From Euglena gracilis (lineage: Eukaryota), in the NCBI GenBank assembly GCA_039621445.1, contig CP154954.1, positions 11,464,716 through 11,528,715 on the forward strand: 64,000 bases of DNA. The letters are read 5' to 3'. Under the pieces are notes generated by a model, which had not been told where the DNA came from, searched no databases, and worked only from the letters and a program-made list of their open reading frames with translations. The translations under genes were made by a program, and so were the position numbers. Shown here piece after piece: positions 42,601-56,472 of the stretch (positions within the stretch are counted from its first letter, which is position 1; every line of letters starts with the position of its first letter).

Positions 42601-45272
42601 TTGATTACGACAAAAACACCAGCAGCAGAGCAGTAAAGATCGCGATGCAAGAAGACACTGCTATTGCAAACGAATACATAGACGCGTACACACGCACAGG
42701 TAGAAGAACAAAGACCACGGCACAAAGACCAAAAGGTGCCCCCTCGTTCATTTGCCCACACTTCTCCCAAGCTTCAACCTTCCGAACACCCTTTATGTCT
42801 CCCGCGTGAGGGGGAGTCGTAAAGTGTGTGGGGGGGGGGAGGGTCGACACCCACCACCCACCACCCACCACAGCGCCGTGCAAAGAAATAGTCCTTTGGC
42901 ACCGAAGGAGAAAACACTGACCTAAAAATCGGCGCCCCCAGAAATACGGTACGGCCTGGTGGGGCGGGCGGGGTTCGGACCCCCGTCCTCCCCCCCACCC
43001 GGATGGGGGGGGGACCCTCCCCCAGCTGCCACCATAGGATCTTCGGGATTTCCATATTGCCCTGCCCCTGGGGGGTTCAGGCACCGCGGCTGGCAACATC
43101 CATCCAGACCCCTGGAAAGTGGAAACCTTCCCCCAATTGTGCAAATACAATTGTTGTGGACTGACGGGTCCAGCCGGGGTGGTTTTTTTTTTGACTGGAC
43201 TTGTGGATGACTTGTGGATGACTATCACTCCCCTGGCAGCCCCCACACGCCAATACAATTTTTTACCGACCCCCGGGGGGGGAGGGGGGGATCATTGCAC
43301 TTTTTCAAAAACCAGTCAGTCACTCATTTTCAAAAAAACAGCCAGTCACTACCCCCCCCCCCCCGGGGGGGTCGGCCACTCAGAAAAACGGCCACTTTCT
43401 AGTAACTTTAGGCCATTTTAGGCCAAAAAAATTACCGGCGCCTTTGGCGTCGAGGTCACTCAATCCACTTTTGCCCACCCCTGGCCGACCCCCCCCCCCC
43501 TGGGGGGGAGGGGGTCCCGGCCAAAAACCAGTCAGTCACTCTGAAAAAACTAGTCACCCCCGGGGGGGGGGGGGTCGGTCAGTGCTTAAACAATTGCCTG
43601 CACACGCCTGCAGGCTGTCGATCAGCCCCAGCGAGGCGTTAGCGAGGGAGACGGAGGTGCACTTCGCGGCGCAGGTGGCGACGCTGCAGCCGCCGCCGCA
43701 GGCGCCGGAGGCGGCAGTGATGGTGATCTGCTGGTCGAGCCGGCTGACCTGCGCGTAGCTGTGGGGGGGGGGGGACAGGACGGGGAGGCGCAAATGAGAA
43801 AAGAAAAGAAAAGAAAAGAAAAGAAACGGGCAGGTGGGATTGGTCAGTAAAACTGACTGTGTGTTTCATGCGTGTATGAAGATGAGCTGCTACTCCATTT
43901 GGCAGGGTATTTCAACCTTTCAAGGAAGCCATAGATTTTGTGCGTTCCTAGTGCTCATTTGGGATCCAGACGCCGTCAACCGTGGCCAAAATTTTGCCTC
44001 CATATTTGGGTGGGTACACCTTTGCGGCTAGTACACCTTTGAACAACTCGTGCTGTCAATCAATGTCAATCAACAACCTTTACGGGCATTTTTTCCTCAT
44101 TTTGGCTTTTTTTTGACCAAAAATGGTCACATTGGCTGAGTCACGGCCCCATCAGCCCGCATTGACAGGGGTTTCCATCATGTGTTGTTCAAAGGTGGGG
44201 TCAAAGCCCAAATAGCCCAAGAATGGATCACCTCACCTGCGTTCCAGGGCTGGGTTTGGGTTGGCAATTGGGAGGGGTCAGAAATTGCAAGAAGATGTTG
44301 CTCTCAAAAGACTGGAGTTTTGCACGAGGTGCTGCAGCGGAGCAGGCAGGGGCACTGCTGTGTAGGGTGGGTGCACATTGCCACGGAAACCCGCAAGAAA
44401 TCACGAATCAGCATGAAAATGGAAGTTTCAAAAAAAATTGCGAAGAATCACGAGAATCACGGAAATCCCCAGCAGGGTGTTGCAACACGTTACAGCAAAA
44501 AAAAATATAAAATTCTTATCAGTGGTCTTTCGTTCGGTGATTTTTCACAAATTGGTTGAAAAGATTGAAATTGAATACAATCACGACACAGAAGAAATCC
44601 CTCCCCGAGCCAAGTTTTATGATATCCGCATGTTTTTCACACCCACTAATACGGCCGGCACAGTCGAATAACTATCCCAGAGAACATAATGAGAACCGCC
44701 GATCGGTTTCCAGTTTCAGGGCCAAATCACCCTTTCCCTTGGGTCCAGGTGTTCAGGCCTTTGGGTACCCACATTTGGGGTCCCAGAGCACCCATCCAGA
44801 TTCTTTCAAATTTGGCTAGTTTTATGATATCCGCCACCCAGGTGGGCAGGGCTCTGGGGACCTGAGGCACTTGGCGGGCAGGGTCGGGGTCGGGCAAGAC
44901 ATCTGAGGCGTGGAGCATGGCCACTGCACACAACCGCAGGCATCTGGGGCACGGAGGAAAGACGGCTGGCTAAAAACAAAGAGGACGATGCGTATGGCCA
45001 AAGCCTATGGGGGGAAGAAATAAGACTGCCTTCCAAATCAAAAAATTAAAACGGGGTTCGGGGGGAGGGACCGTAAAATCGGTACTGCAAATATGATTTC
45101 TGGCATCTGAAACATCCTCTGTTTCTGGGATGCACCCACACCCACATCTTCCCAGCAATCCACCCGTGCACTCATCCACCCACCAACACATGCCCACACA
45201 ATACACAGAAAACACACACACACACACACACTCACAGACACACACACAGGCAAATTCACACACACGCGCACG

Positions 45273-45303
<31 letters not shown>

Positions 45304-46006
45304 AACACACGCGCGCACACTCACACCAGGGGGGGAATAATTCACACCGGAGGCCATCAGAAAGATTGCAGAAAAATTGCCGAAAACTGTATATAGGGGA
45401 ATGGACACATTTTGGACACATTTCTGATGGAGGTAAAAACTTCACTGCATCGATTTTGATTTTCTCTCAATTTTGAAACATTGCTGGATGTCGTCATTCA
45501 AATCTGTTTCCAAAAAAAAAACCCGAAGGAAAGATGATCTTTGTAATTTTGGGAACATACTGATTTTAACAAAAAGGAATTGCTGGCCAAAAAAAGGCAA
45601 AAATGAAAAAAAAGTCAGCCTTAAGAAATCTCACTAAATTCGAATTTTTTCCCAACAGAACTCAAAGAAAACAACACAAAAATGCCAATTTTTTTAAATA
45701 GTGCCAAAATTTTGCCAAATTGGGAGAAAACACAAACAGATGCAAAACTTGTGTCCCCCCCCTGCATTGTGAATTATTTGCGGAATGGCCGGAAATTATC
45801 ACAACTTTGATTTTCAAATTTCTGTGGAAAAATGGGGAACAGGAAAATTGAGGGAAAATTGCAAAAAATGCTGGAAAATGCGGAATCAGCCCCCCCCCTG
45901 CATGTGAGCGCGCGCGCACGCACGCACGCACACACACACCCACACACGCGCACGCACGCACGCACACCCACACCCACACACGCACACGCACACATGCGCG
46001 TGCGCG

Positions 46007-46063
<57 letters not shown>

Positions 46064-46064
46064 A

Positions 46065-46124
<60 letters not shown>

Positions 46125-49100
46125 TACACACACACACACATGCACACACACACGCACACACACACACACACTCCAAGAACCATCACCACCACCACCACCA
46201 CCGTTCCAAACGTGAGGGCCATAAAAATCTTCTTGGGATGGGCATGCTCCACACCTCGCACTGCAGCGCTCTCTACGTCGTTGAAAGACGAATAATTTGC
46301 CATCTCTCGGGAGAAACGGCCACTGCCAGGCTGCCAGAGGATTTTTGAGGACCCGGGGGGGTCCACCCACCCACCCACCCACCTTTGGGGCCCCCCTGGG
46401 GGCTCGTAGGGACCCACTTTTGGGGGGAAAATTTTGGGCCCAAAAAGAAGAAAACCCCGCCTCCACCAGGGTAAGTCCCCCCCCCCAAATAACGGGGAAG
46501 GGTGCCCGTTACTGGCACCGTCTTTTGACCTTCCCCCCTGCCCCGTTACTTGGGCACCACCCGTCATCATGGAATTCCGTCACAGACAGAATTCCATGTC
46601 CGTCTGTGTCACATCCTCCGAGACCTTGAAGATGATTTTGACCCGTCCCTGATTCCACTTGAACCATCTGTCTCTTCTGCCCCTCCCTCAAAACCTGCTG
46701 CAAATCACTCGTGGCAGGCAAGCGTTTTGCATTTTTTTTTGTCGTCGCAAACCTCTTGGACCAAAAAAAAACTGAGGATCCCCCGTTATTGGAACCATCT
46801 TTTTTGGCCTGCCCCCTGCTCCCATCATTCGGGCACTGACCACTCAAAGGGCAATGCCCCGTTATTTGGGGGGGGGTTACCCACTCGGCCCAACTCCCCA
46901 CCCCCCCGGAGGGGGGGGGGTCGGCCGGGTCCACCACTCCCCCCATCTCTGCAGGGTGCCTGTTAAAAGATGACTGCTATGGATTGCGGGGCAACCTTGA
47001 ACCGTTGGGGGAAAATCACGGTTTTGGACTGGAAACACGAGAGGGCTTTGCGGAGTGAAAAGTGCGTGGAGCGGCCCATCAAAGACATCAGTGTCCTTTT
47101 TTCGATGCAGCATGAAAACCTGGATGACTGGACGACTTTAGCGGTCAACAAAAAGCGGTTCAGCCACCTTAATCAAAAGACTTTTCCTCGCAAAAAGAGA
47201 TTTCACATGCTGCCATGAGGCGCAGCGATGTTTCAGCATTCCTTGACTTAAAAAAAAGAAGCAGTGGATAAAGAGAACAAAACTGACCTGAGAAAAAAAA
47301 GGTGGGACCTGGTGGGGTGTGAGATGGGTTTCGAAAAGGGTGGTTCTCAGCGATGCCTTTAAAATTGTCAAGTATTTTGAAAGACTTTTCCACCACAACA
47401 GTTTCCGTTGTGACTGGTTGCCTGTGCCGATTCCAAATTCCAGTCTTACAATCGACACTATTCTTTCCATTTGTCTTGCGTGTGCACAGAAGCAAAAACT
47501 TTGCGTGCGAAATTTTTGAAAAGACATGATCCTCAGGGACTCAAAAAAAAAGTCACAAACACGGCCTGATCGCAAATGAGCTCATTCACCAGCCCGCGTC
47601 CTGAAGACAACAATACCCGGGATGATGCCGCCATGAGACGATGAAGACAAAAACAAACAAACGGCAGGAATGAACCAACAACTCATGTGAAATGCGCTTG
47701 CCAGAGATGCACTTTCCAGCCACAAAAACAGCAATGCCTTCCAAAAAATTAATGCCTTCATGAACACATGAATTAAATTGCTTTAAATCAAATTACTATC
47801 AGAAAAATGGAAGTTTTGCGTCCCTGGCACTCTTTTTGGCACTCTGCATTTTTGAATGAGTTGTTCAGGGAGGTTCTGACACATCCACCAGAAAACGAGG
47901 AGGAAGGGAGGGCATTCTCGAAAACCAACCTCAGATATTGCAGGGCAGCTGTATGAACAAAAAAAACTGATCACTCCAACAGAACTGTTTTCTCCAAAAA
48001 AAATCTCGCCATAAAAAAACGGAAGTGTATAAAATATAAACCGGCAAGAACCTGTGAAGAGTACCTTTCTCCTGCCTGGTCTTCCTCCCATGATTCGCGC
48101 CGCAGCGGCAAAAAATGCGGGGGGGGGCAAACAGTCGGCCCAATCACACCGGTGGGGGAGTCGGTGAGGATCGCCCGCACCTCTCCGCAGGCGTCGTCCA
48201 TCGCGCTAAGCGCTCCCCCCGTGACCGCGATGGCACACCACACCACTGCAGGAGGGGGGACTGGGAATGCTTCGGTGTGCTGGGGGGTGGGCGGGCCCCG
48301 CGATCTTCTTGAATCCGTACCCCCCCCCTGGTGGGACAGCCCAAAATATTTCGAAAAACAATTTTGCTAGAAAATTTTTCAGGAAAAAAACAACGGCTTG
48401 GAGTCAAAATCCCACCATTCTTATGCAATTTGATTTTGTTTTACTTTTTACCACATTTTTTTTGCCCTTCCAAATCATCATCTTTCGACAGCTGATATCA
48501 CACATCACACCCCACCATCTTCCTCATAAAAATGACCTGGAATGAAGACAAAAGATCAGAACAAAAAATGAGCGCGAAGACTTGATGGGAGAGGGATCGC
48601 CCCCCCCCACCCACAGGGTCACCTGGATTTCTGCTTAGTCCTGCACACAGCGGCGTGACATGGGTGTGTGGGTGCATCTTTCAATGCCACATCCAGCAGC
48701 TGTGACATCAGTGGTCTTTCTGCATCCGCCCGGAGAAAGGGGGCACCAAGCCCTTTCTGCGACTGGGACTGGTTTGTGGAAAACTACTGGTGCAAAACAT
48801 ACGCCCCCCCCCCCGGGAAACAGTCACCTGTCAGGTCAGCGAGCACAGAGGTAGGTTACAGGCAGCGGGGGGGGGGGAATATGTGAAAGAAAAAATCCCC
48901 TTAAACATGCACAAAAATACGGGGGATATGTGCAAAATATGCGGAAAACATGCGATTTTTCCAAAGATAAGTTTCAACTTTTCCGGTGAATGAAGAGAAG
49001 GGAAAAAAAATGAGCCAATGGAAAGGAAATGGATGGCCATGCGAGGAAAGAAATCAAAATAAAACACGGTCTGCCCAGGGGGGTTCCAAAGCATCCACAC

Positions 49101-52100
49101 AGCAGGCACCTCAGCCGCCCCCCTCCTTTCGCCCTGCATGTTTCTGTGTTTTCTGCCGCAAATTATATTAAAATCCCCTGATCGCTCCCAAAATCCGCGA
49201 CCTCAGGGTCCTCATAACCCAGAATTCTGAAGGCCCAAAATTGCGGAAAAAGATTGCCAAAATTACGGACCGTCCTTTCTGCCCTTTAACCAACCCTGGG
49301 CGCCTGGGTGCCTTGTGCGATGGGGTGCCTCCCCAACCAGGCACCTGCCCCCCCCCCCCCCCCAGGGGTCGATTTTGGACCTCATCACCTGCCGACTAAG
49401 CCAATTTTCCCCTGAAAACGGCCATTTTTTGGGACCCCGGCACCATTGGCGCCAGGGCGTGTGCCACTGGGGGGGGGGTAGGACAGGTGTTAAGCAATGG
49501 TATGCCCCGGGCGTGATATAGGCAGGCCTTAAAAAGGAGCCTGGCCCCAGCCCAAGGAAAAATAATCAAAGGATTTCCGTTACTCGCTCAGGGCCAGGTT
49601 TTCACAGCCGTAAAAGAAACAAAAATAATAAAATCTTGGCACCTTGAGAAGAAATGCCCCCCCTCCCCCTCAGGGGAGACTCCCTCACGGGCAGCATCCC
49701 GACAGGTCCAGCGCCCCTTTTCCCTAAAAATACAGCCACAAACCTCGTGCTGTGAATTCTGCGTAATAACCCTGCCCCCGTCCCATTTTATGGGATGACT
49801 CCGGGGTCTTGGGCAGCATTTCTGTAAAAAGCGCAGCCCCCCTTCCAAAGCCTTATGCTCATGCCAGGCTGCCGTTGAAGGATTTTGGCAGCATCCCCCC
49901 CCCCTCAGGGGGAAAATCAGCCCACAACCAACAGAATTATTTGGCATCCACCCCCCGTCCAGTTCTTATGGGACCTTTCAGCGAAAGTTGAGTGGCGAGG
50001 AGGTTACCACACTCCAATATACGACATGAACACTTGTGGACATGTACGCCAATGTGCCAGGTGCGCTAATACGCACCGGACACCAACTTGTTTCATGCAT
50101 ACAACAGAAAAAAATACAAACGGCAACATACAACATATGAACCTGCAAACATGCACGCCAACGTACAATATATGCAGTTACATGCGCACGGCAGGGAGAC
50201 ACACGGGCGCAGGCCAGCAGTCCAAAGGACGTCAGCGTGACCCCAAGCGCGGCAGTGGACCGCATCACGACCCCCATGACGAGGACCGCCGCCGCGGGCA
50301 GCCAAAGCCCCCCAAATGGACCCAAACATCACCCAATCCCGAGGCAGGGCGCCGCGCCAGCCGGAGGGGACCCACCACGTCCAGCAGGGGGGGGGGCAAT
50401 GGGCTGGCCGGGCCTCAAAAAAAAATGCGCATTTTTTCGAGAATTCGGAAAAAAGCGCAAAATGAAAAGTTTTTTCGAGAATTCGAAAAAAAAACGCAAA
50501 ATGGGAAGTTTTTTTCGAGAATTCGAAAAAATTCCCAAAAAGGGATTTTTTTTCGAGAGTTCGGAAAAAAGCGCAAAGTGGGAAATGGTTTTCGAAAATT
50601 CGAAAAAATTCGCAAAAATGCGAAAAATGCGAAACGCATTTCCCCCCTGTGTCCAGCCAGTCGGCTGTTTGGCCAGCCCTTATCCCTTCCCAAATCAACT
50701 TATCACTCTCCAAATCAGCCAATGCTTGAATTCCGGTCTGTCCTGTTGGCAGCTTGATGGTCAGAGTCCTTGTGCTTTGGTGGGTGCAAAACATAAACCA
50801 AAAAAAAAATAGGGGGAATGAGTTGAAAATGGAGACCCAACTCAAAAATTGGGTCAAAATATTTTTCTGTCCTAAATTTGTGGCCTTTTTGCAGTTCACC
50901 TTGTTCAACCCCCGCTCGGGCCCAGCACCAGCCGAGGATCCCAATGGGGGAAGGGGCCAGCCAGCAGCCTTTTTCCAGCCAGACCTTATCTTCCAGCCTC
51001 TGAGCTGGAACCATACCATTGCTTACCGACCGCCCGGGGGGTCACTTTCCACTTTCAGAAAACCAGTCAATCACTTTTGAAAACCAGTCACCCACTTCCT
51101 ACCCTCCCCCCTGGGGGGGTCGTTCACTTTGGCCACTTGGCCAAAGAAGGCAGTAATCAAAGGATTTTGGCCAAAAATCCCAAAAAATTTCGGCGCTTTC
51201 GGCGCCGGGTGGCCACTTTCGGCCAACTGTGGCCGACCCCCCCCCCCGGGGGGGGGGGGGGGTTTGGAGCCATAAACCCGTCAATCACTCCGAAAAAACC
51301 AGTCACACCCCGGGGAGGGGAGTCGGACACACCTTAAGCAATGGTATGGCTGAAACCCCCCTCCCCCCGATTTGTCAAAGACTGCAGAGTTATCTCCTAT
51401 TAGCTTTTCTTGTCTGTACTGTTGCATTCCACTTTTTGTTGTACACGACAACGAGGCTCAAAATAAGTATATTCAGTTGCGCCTTGTTCCCCATTTGGCT
51501 GAAACATGTGAGAACTTTTATTTTCGGCCAAAAAATCAGTTCAAATTGCTCGCTAATTGTCTGTCTGCTTTGCCTGGAAAGGATTGACATGGGAACGATG
51601 ATGGATATCCTGTGGGCACATGCGCATTGAGAACAATTAAATACACCACAGAAACAACAGAACAACACAAGAAAAATGAGACAGAAGCCATGAATGGTCT
51701 TTAGAATTGCCCACACTCCCTAAACTTGGAACTGCGGTCGACAATGGATTTGGAGCGGGGGGGGGGTCGCGGGAAAAATACCCCGGAGGGACTTGTAACA
51801 TTGGGGAAAGGAGCATTGGCTAATGGAAAGGAGCATTGGAGTGTTTTTCTCCGGAACTAGAGGAATCTGGACCTTCTTCAGCCTTTCTCTTGCGAGCCTG
51901 GTGAAGCCGGATCGTTCACCATTATATTCAATAAAAAAAATCAGTTTCCGACTCGAAAAATGGCCAAAATAAATTGCCTTGTTCGATATGGCCAGGAGAC
52001 TGTCACCTTGACAAATCAGCAATTGCAATCCTGGGTGACTATTTCTCGGGCTTGGGGGGTCACATAATCAAATGCCTGACGACGGGGTAACGGATAAATA

Positions 52101-55100
52101 TTTTTTATAAAATGGAGGTCAAAAACTGGAGGTCATGTACCCTGCAGCTCAGAGCTCAGAAACGGCAAGAAAAAGATGGGCGTATCAGGAAAAAGATCTT
52201 GATCCCAACGTTACAACTTATCCTGGAGGGATGCACACCAGAAGAAGAAAAACCACGCCTTCTTTGCCGTCTCGATATACGTGGACTTGTAATCCAAGTA
52301 CTCTGTTGCGATGCTCTGCTGCACCTGACGCAGGCTGGTTTCTTTACCTGGCCAGCCTCGGGGGGAAGGGGTAAAATATTTGCTCTGCTGCGATCTGCAA
52401 AAAAAGTTGAAATTAAACAGAACCGTTTTGTCAGAAAACTTTGTGTACAAAATTTCTATTTTGGTATAGTTTGGTATACAAGGCGAGGAAAAATAAAAAT
52501 TATTAGCTCTAACAACATTGACTAGATGACAATTCTCAAAAACTCTTCGGGGAGGGGGGCTCCGCACTCACCAAAACTGCAGTTTCAGCGGCCTAACACC
52601 GCTTATTGGGGTTTCTTCAGTGTACAAAATTATTTATTCCTCAAATTCTTTTTGCCTCATTGTTAAAGAGGTTAAAGAGGTCCGAAGATTTGGAGTGATA
52701 TATCCATCAACTGTCTATGAACTGCACAAAATGAGAGGGAATTCCACAGAAAAAATAACTTCTGGTGTGTGGCGCTTTTACACAAAATAATTTGTAATCC
52801 GTCAAGCATCAACCAGGTCATCCAGCACTGGATATTAAAAACATTTTAGCTGTTGTAAAACCAAAAAATGGATGGGGTTTTCTGTGGCAATGTGACATAA
52901 AACGCTCTTTTATCATTGAAATCACCAAGAAATGTGCGTGCAGTATAAAACGTCACAGATTTCGTTTGTTATGTTATTTTGGGGAAAAGGTGCTGAGTAC
53001 CACTGAGCCAAAAGCCTTCCTGGGTGTGGCGGGGGCAATGACCTGGTCGATGCGGGCAGACCCATTCTGGCGTGACCCGGAGGGGGTGCCGGGAGGGGCC
53101 TGGGGGCTGATCACGTCCGGCTGATCCGCCACGGCGAGACAAAGCTGACCTGCGGGACAATGGCACGGAGCCTGACATGGGATGACCGAGCTCTCACAGA
53201 GCAGCCCGCAAGCCGCATCGATTGACCTCTCTCATCTAATCAAAATGTCACTTATCATTTGTTGAAAAGGACTGTTTGGTCACTTTCTTTTTGATTTCGC
53301 ACCAAACACTGGTTTGCACTGCCATCCCTGTGGAGGAGGGTCATATCATACCTCCAGTTGGGTGCATGTTTTTTTTTTGCTCAAGAATTTGGTTTGGATT
53401 TTGGTTGGGTTTTTACATCAAACAGAAACAAAAGAAAGAAAAGAAAACAAAAAAAATGTGGGAAGGTGCATGCTGAAACAAAAGACAGGAACACATACAC
53501 AACGGGAACAGTGGAAAACAATGAAGTAAAATAAGAAAATACAACATGTTTCTGGGTGTGTGGCAAAATCATCGGGGAACTTCAAGAAAATCCAGGAAAC
53601 GTTGCAGGCGTTTGGAGTGGGGTCGGCGAAACAAGAACCAAACTCCACTCCAACCCTTTCGATATGGGCGGGCCCTGATTTTGGCCAATTTTGCCTGCCG
53701 TGCAGCATATGTGCGGTTTGAATGGCACGCACCACTCACCACCACCGCGTCTGTGGTCCACGGCGTCACCCACGCCCCGCGCCTGGAGTCCCCGGTGGTC
53801 CGGCAGGGGTCCAGCACAGGCTGCTTTTAAGACCCCGGCCCCCCCCCAGCCCGGCGCGGGACCCCCCCCCCCCCCCGGGACCCCGAATTCGGGCCGTTGG
53901 AGGGCATTTCCCAAAAAATTTTCGGCGCTTCGCGGCCGGGAGGGTATGGAGGCCATACCCGGAATGGGTATGGTTTGGCCTCCATACCCTGCCGGGGATG
54001 GAGGCCACACCTGGGCCACCATACCCGGGTCTCTGGGGCCGGACCCCCCCCCCCCCCGGGAGGTGAGGCTGGCCCCAGACCCACCCACCGCCTATCCCCC
54101 CCCGGGGGGGATGGGGGGGTGTCCTCTGACTTAAAAAAAAAAAGCCCCGTGCGGCAGGGTGGGTCGGCAGGGCATACTGACAGTGCCCAACGTGCTCTTG
54201 CTGACCTGCAGGATCTGCACCATGAGGTCGGTGCGCTCCTTCAGCGTCACTGTCACGAACTGAGACGGCCATGGAGAAGAGGAGGGGGCGATTTGGTGTC
54301 GGCGTCAGAGAATTAGGGGGTTCAAAAACAAACCTGTATTTTTTATTTGTTTTGTAAAAAAAATTGTTTTGGAATAAAATAGCATCACTTGATTTTTGTA
54401 TTTGCGCATTTATTAAATTCTATTCCATTTCATATCATATTTTTTTTGCATTTTATTTTATTCATTCATTTTTTGTCGATGAAACAATAAACTCACCTTC
54501 TCTTCTGCACATCATTTGAAAAAAAATATGCACGAAGGAAGGAAGCGAGAAAGAACACCCCTCACCATCAGTCCATTTTGTGGTCCCAGAGATCCCAGAG
54601 CCCCAAAATTTTCGAAATTTTTCGAAGTCCCACAGGACCCAAAACCCCCCTTTGGATTGTACTTTCTCATGAAATTTAGCATTTTTGGAGGCAAGATGAC
54701 CCAGAAAAATTGATTTTCTCCATGATTTATTGTCAGAAATTATGATTTCCCCCTGGTCGTTGGCCCAAAAATTGGGGGGGGGGGCATTAACTTGGTTGGT
54801 GAAGTCGGACCTCGAGAGAGGGGGTGTTAATTGGCGCGGGGTTATTACAGGGGGGGGGGAGTTTACCCACTAAAAAGCCAAATCCACCTGTGATGGAAAT
54901 ATTTAGCTGATATTTGCAGTGAAAACCGACATACCTCAAGCACCATTCTAAACCTCCAACGGCAAACTTCTCGGTATTTTGTGCCGAAGATTGAGCTGGG
55001 ATGGTCTGGACCCAAAATCATTCCCCGCACCAGAGAGGCCTTGGCACCCCAGTTAGAAAAAAAATGGCTGGGTGGCTGGCCCCCCCGCTATCGAGGTGAA

Positions 55101-56425
55101 TCCCCTCAATTACCTCCCCTGCCTGGACCCCTTGAAATGTTTGAGACTCGAAAAAAATAAGTATCGGATTTGAGATGGAGCCTTGACAATGATCCCATTG
55201 GCGGACCTGCGTGGTGTTATTAATTGCGTAGTCCTTCACGACGTCCACTTTGAGGTAGCCCATCACTGCGAAGGCAAAGCCCGCGGCGCCAACCCCCACC
55301 GTCCAAAGCGGGCGTTCCTGCCGCCAGCCTGGAGACCATTGTGGCTGGCTCTGGGAATGGGAAAACATTGACGCTGAAAACCAATAGATTGAAGAATCAT
55401 AAAATTTAAAATAAAACCAAATAAAAAATATCACAAATATATTATATTTATATTAATATTATAAATATTGTATAAATATCAATATTATAAACACATTGTA
55501 TTAATATTAATATTGCAAATATATTATATTAGTATTAATATTATAAATACATTATCATGAAATCAAAAATATTCGCGAAAATCACGGGGGTAAAAAGCAT
55601 TGAACTGCCCGGCCGCAAGGATCAGGAGCCGAACCAGCCAGATGACGAAGTTGTTCATCGTGCTGCAGCAGCCCTTGCAGCAGCAGGTCGGGGTCGGTGG
55701 CTCCCTCTCGGAGAAGCTCCGCCTGCCGTAGTGGGCAAGCGGAAAGAGCCCCAAAGGATAACAGCCACACCAGCTTGCATCGGCAGCACAGTCCAGGGGG
55801 CAGACAAAACACAGCAGGCTTCTTCTTAAGACCCCCCGGGGTCCCCCCACCCACCCAGCCGAGTGTGAGACCCTGGGGGGGGGGGTGGCACCCTACCAAA
55901 AATCGGCCGTCTAAGGCCATTTCCCAAAAATTAGCGATTTGCACCAAAAACCCATACCAAGGCCTGGGGGGTCGGCTCCGGACCGACCCAACAACCCCCT
56001 CCCCCAGAGGGGGGTCTTCTGACTTAAAAGAATAGCTGTTGTAACCAAAATTTTTATGGAAACAGAAACTTCTCTCACACGGGCCGACAAAAAGCGGGAA
56101 CATTTGCTGAAAATGTCCTGCAATTCTTTCGTAAATATTTGAGAATTTTGTTGGGGATTTTCCGGGGTGCTTTGTTTCAAAACTAAAATATGTGGGCGGC
56201 CGGGACTCCTCGAGGGCCGCCCCGCGCAGGCAGCCGAACAGGCCCTCCGCGATGCACACGAAGCAGCAGCAGCATGCGCGGAGGATGGTGTAGATCACTA
56301 AGATGAGAAGCACCGCCCCGGCGATGATCCACGCCCGGGGTCGGAGCCCCACAGTGTTTTCGGTGAACTCTGTTGCTGGACGTGGTTGTGCAAATCCCTC
56401 AACATCATGTACCCCTGAATATATA

Positions 56426-56472
<47 letters not shown>

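Noticed and set aside
46170-46303. Apparent nested gene start [44 protein letters not shown]
   Set aside because: The hydrophobic run comes from (GGT)n/(GT)n repeats. The first part fits better as a loop-2 exon of the five-TM gene, although a nested gene is not fully excluded.
50430-50630. CRISPR-like repeated units
   Set aside because: Tandem degenerate repeats without unique spacers, inside a MITE; eukaryotic context and no cas genes.
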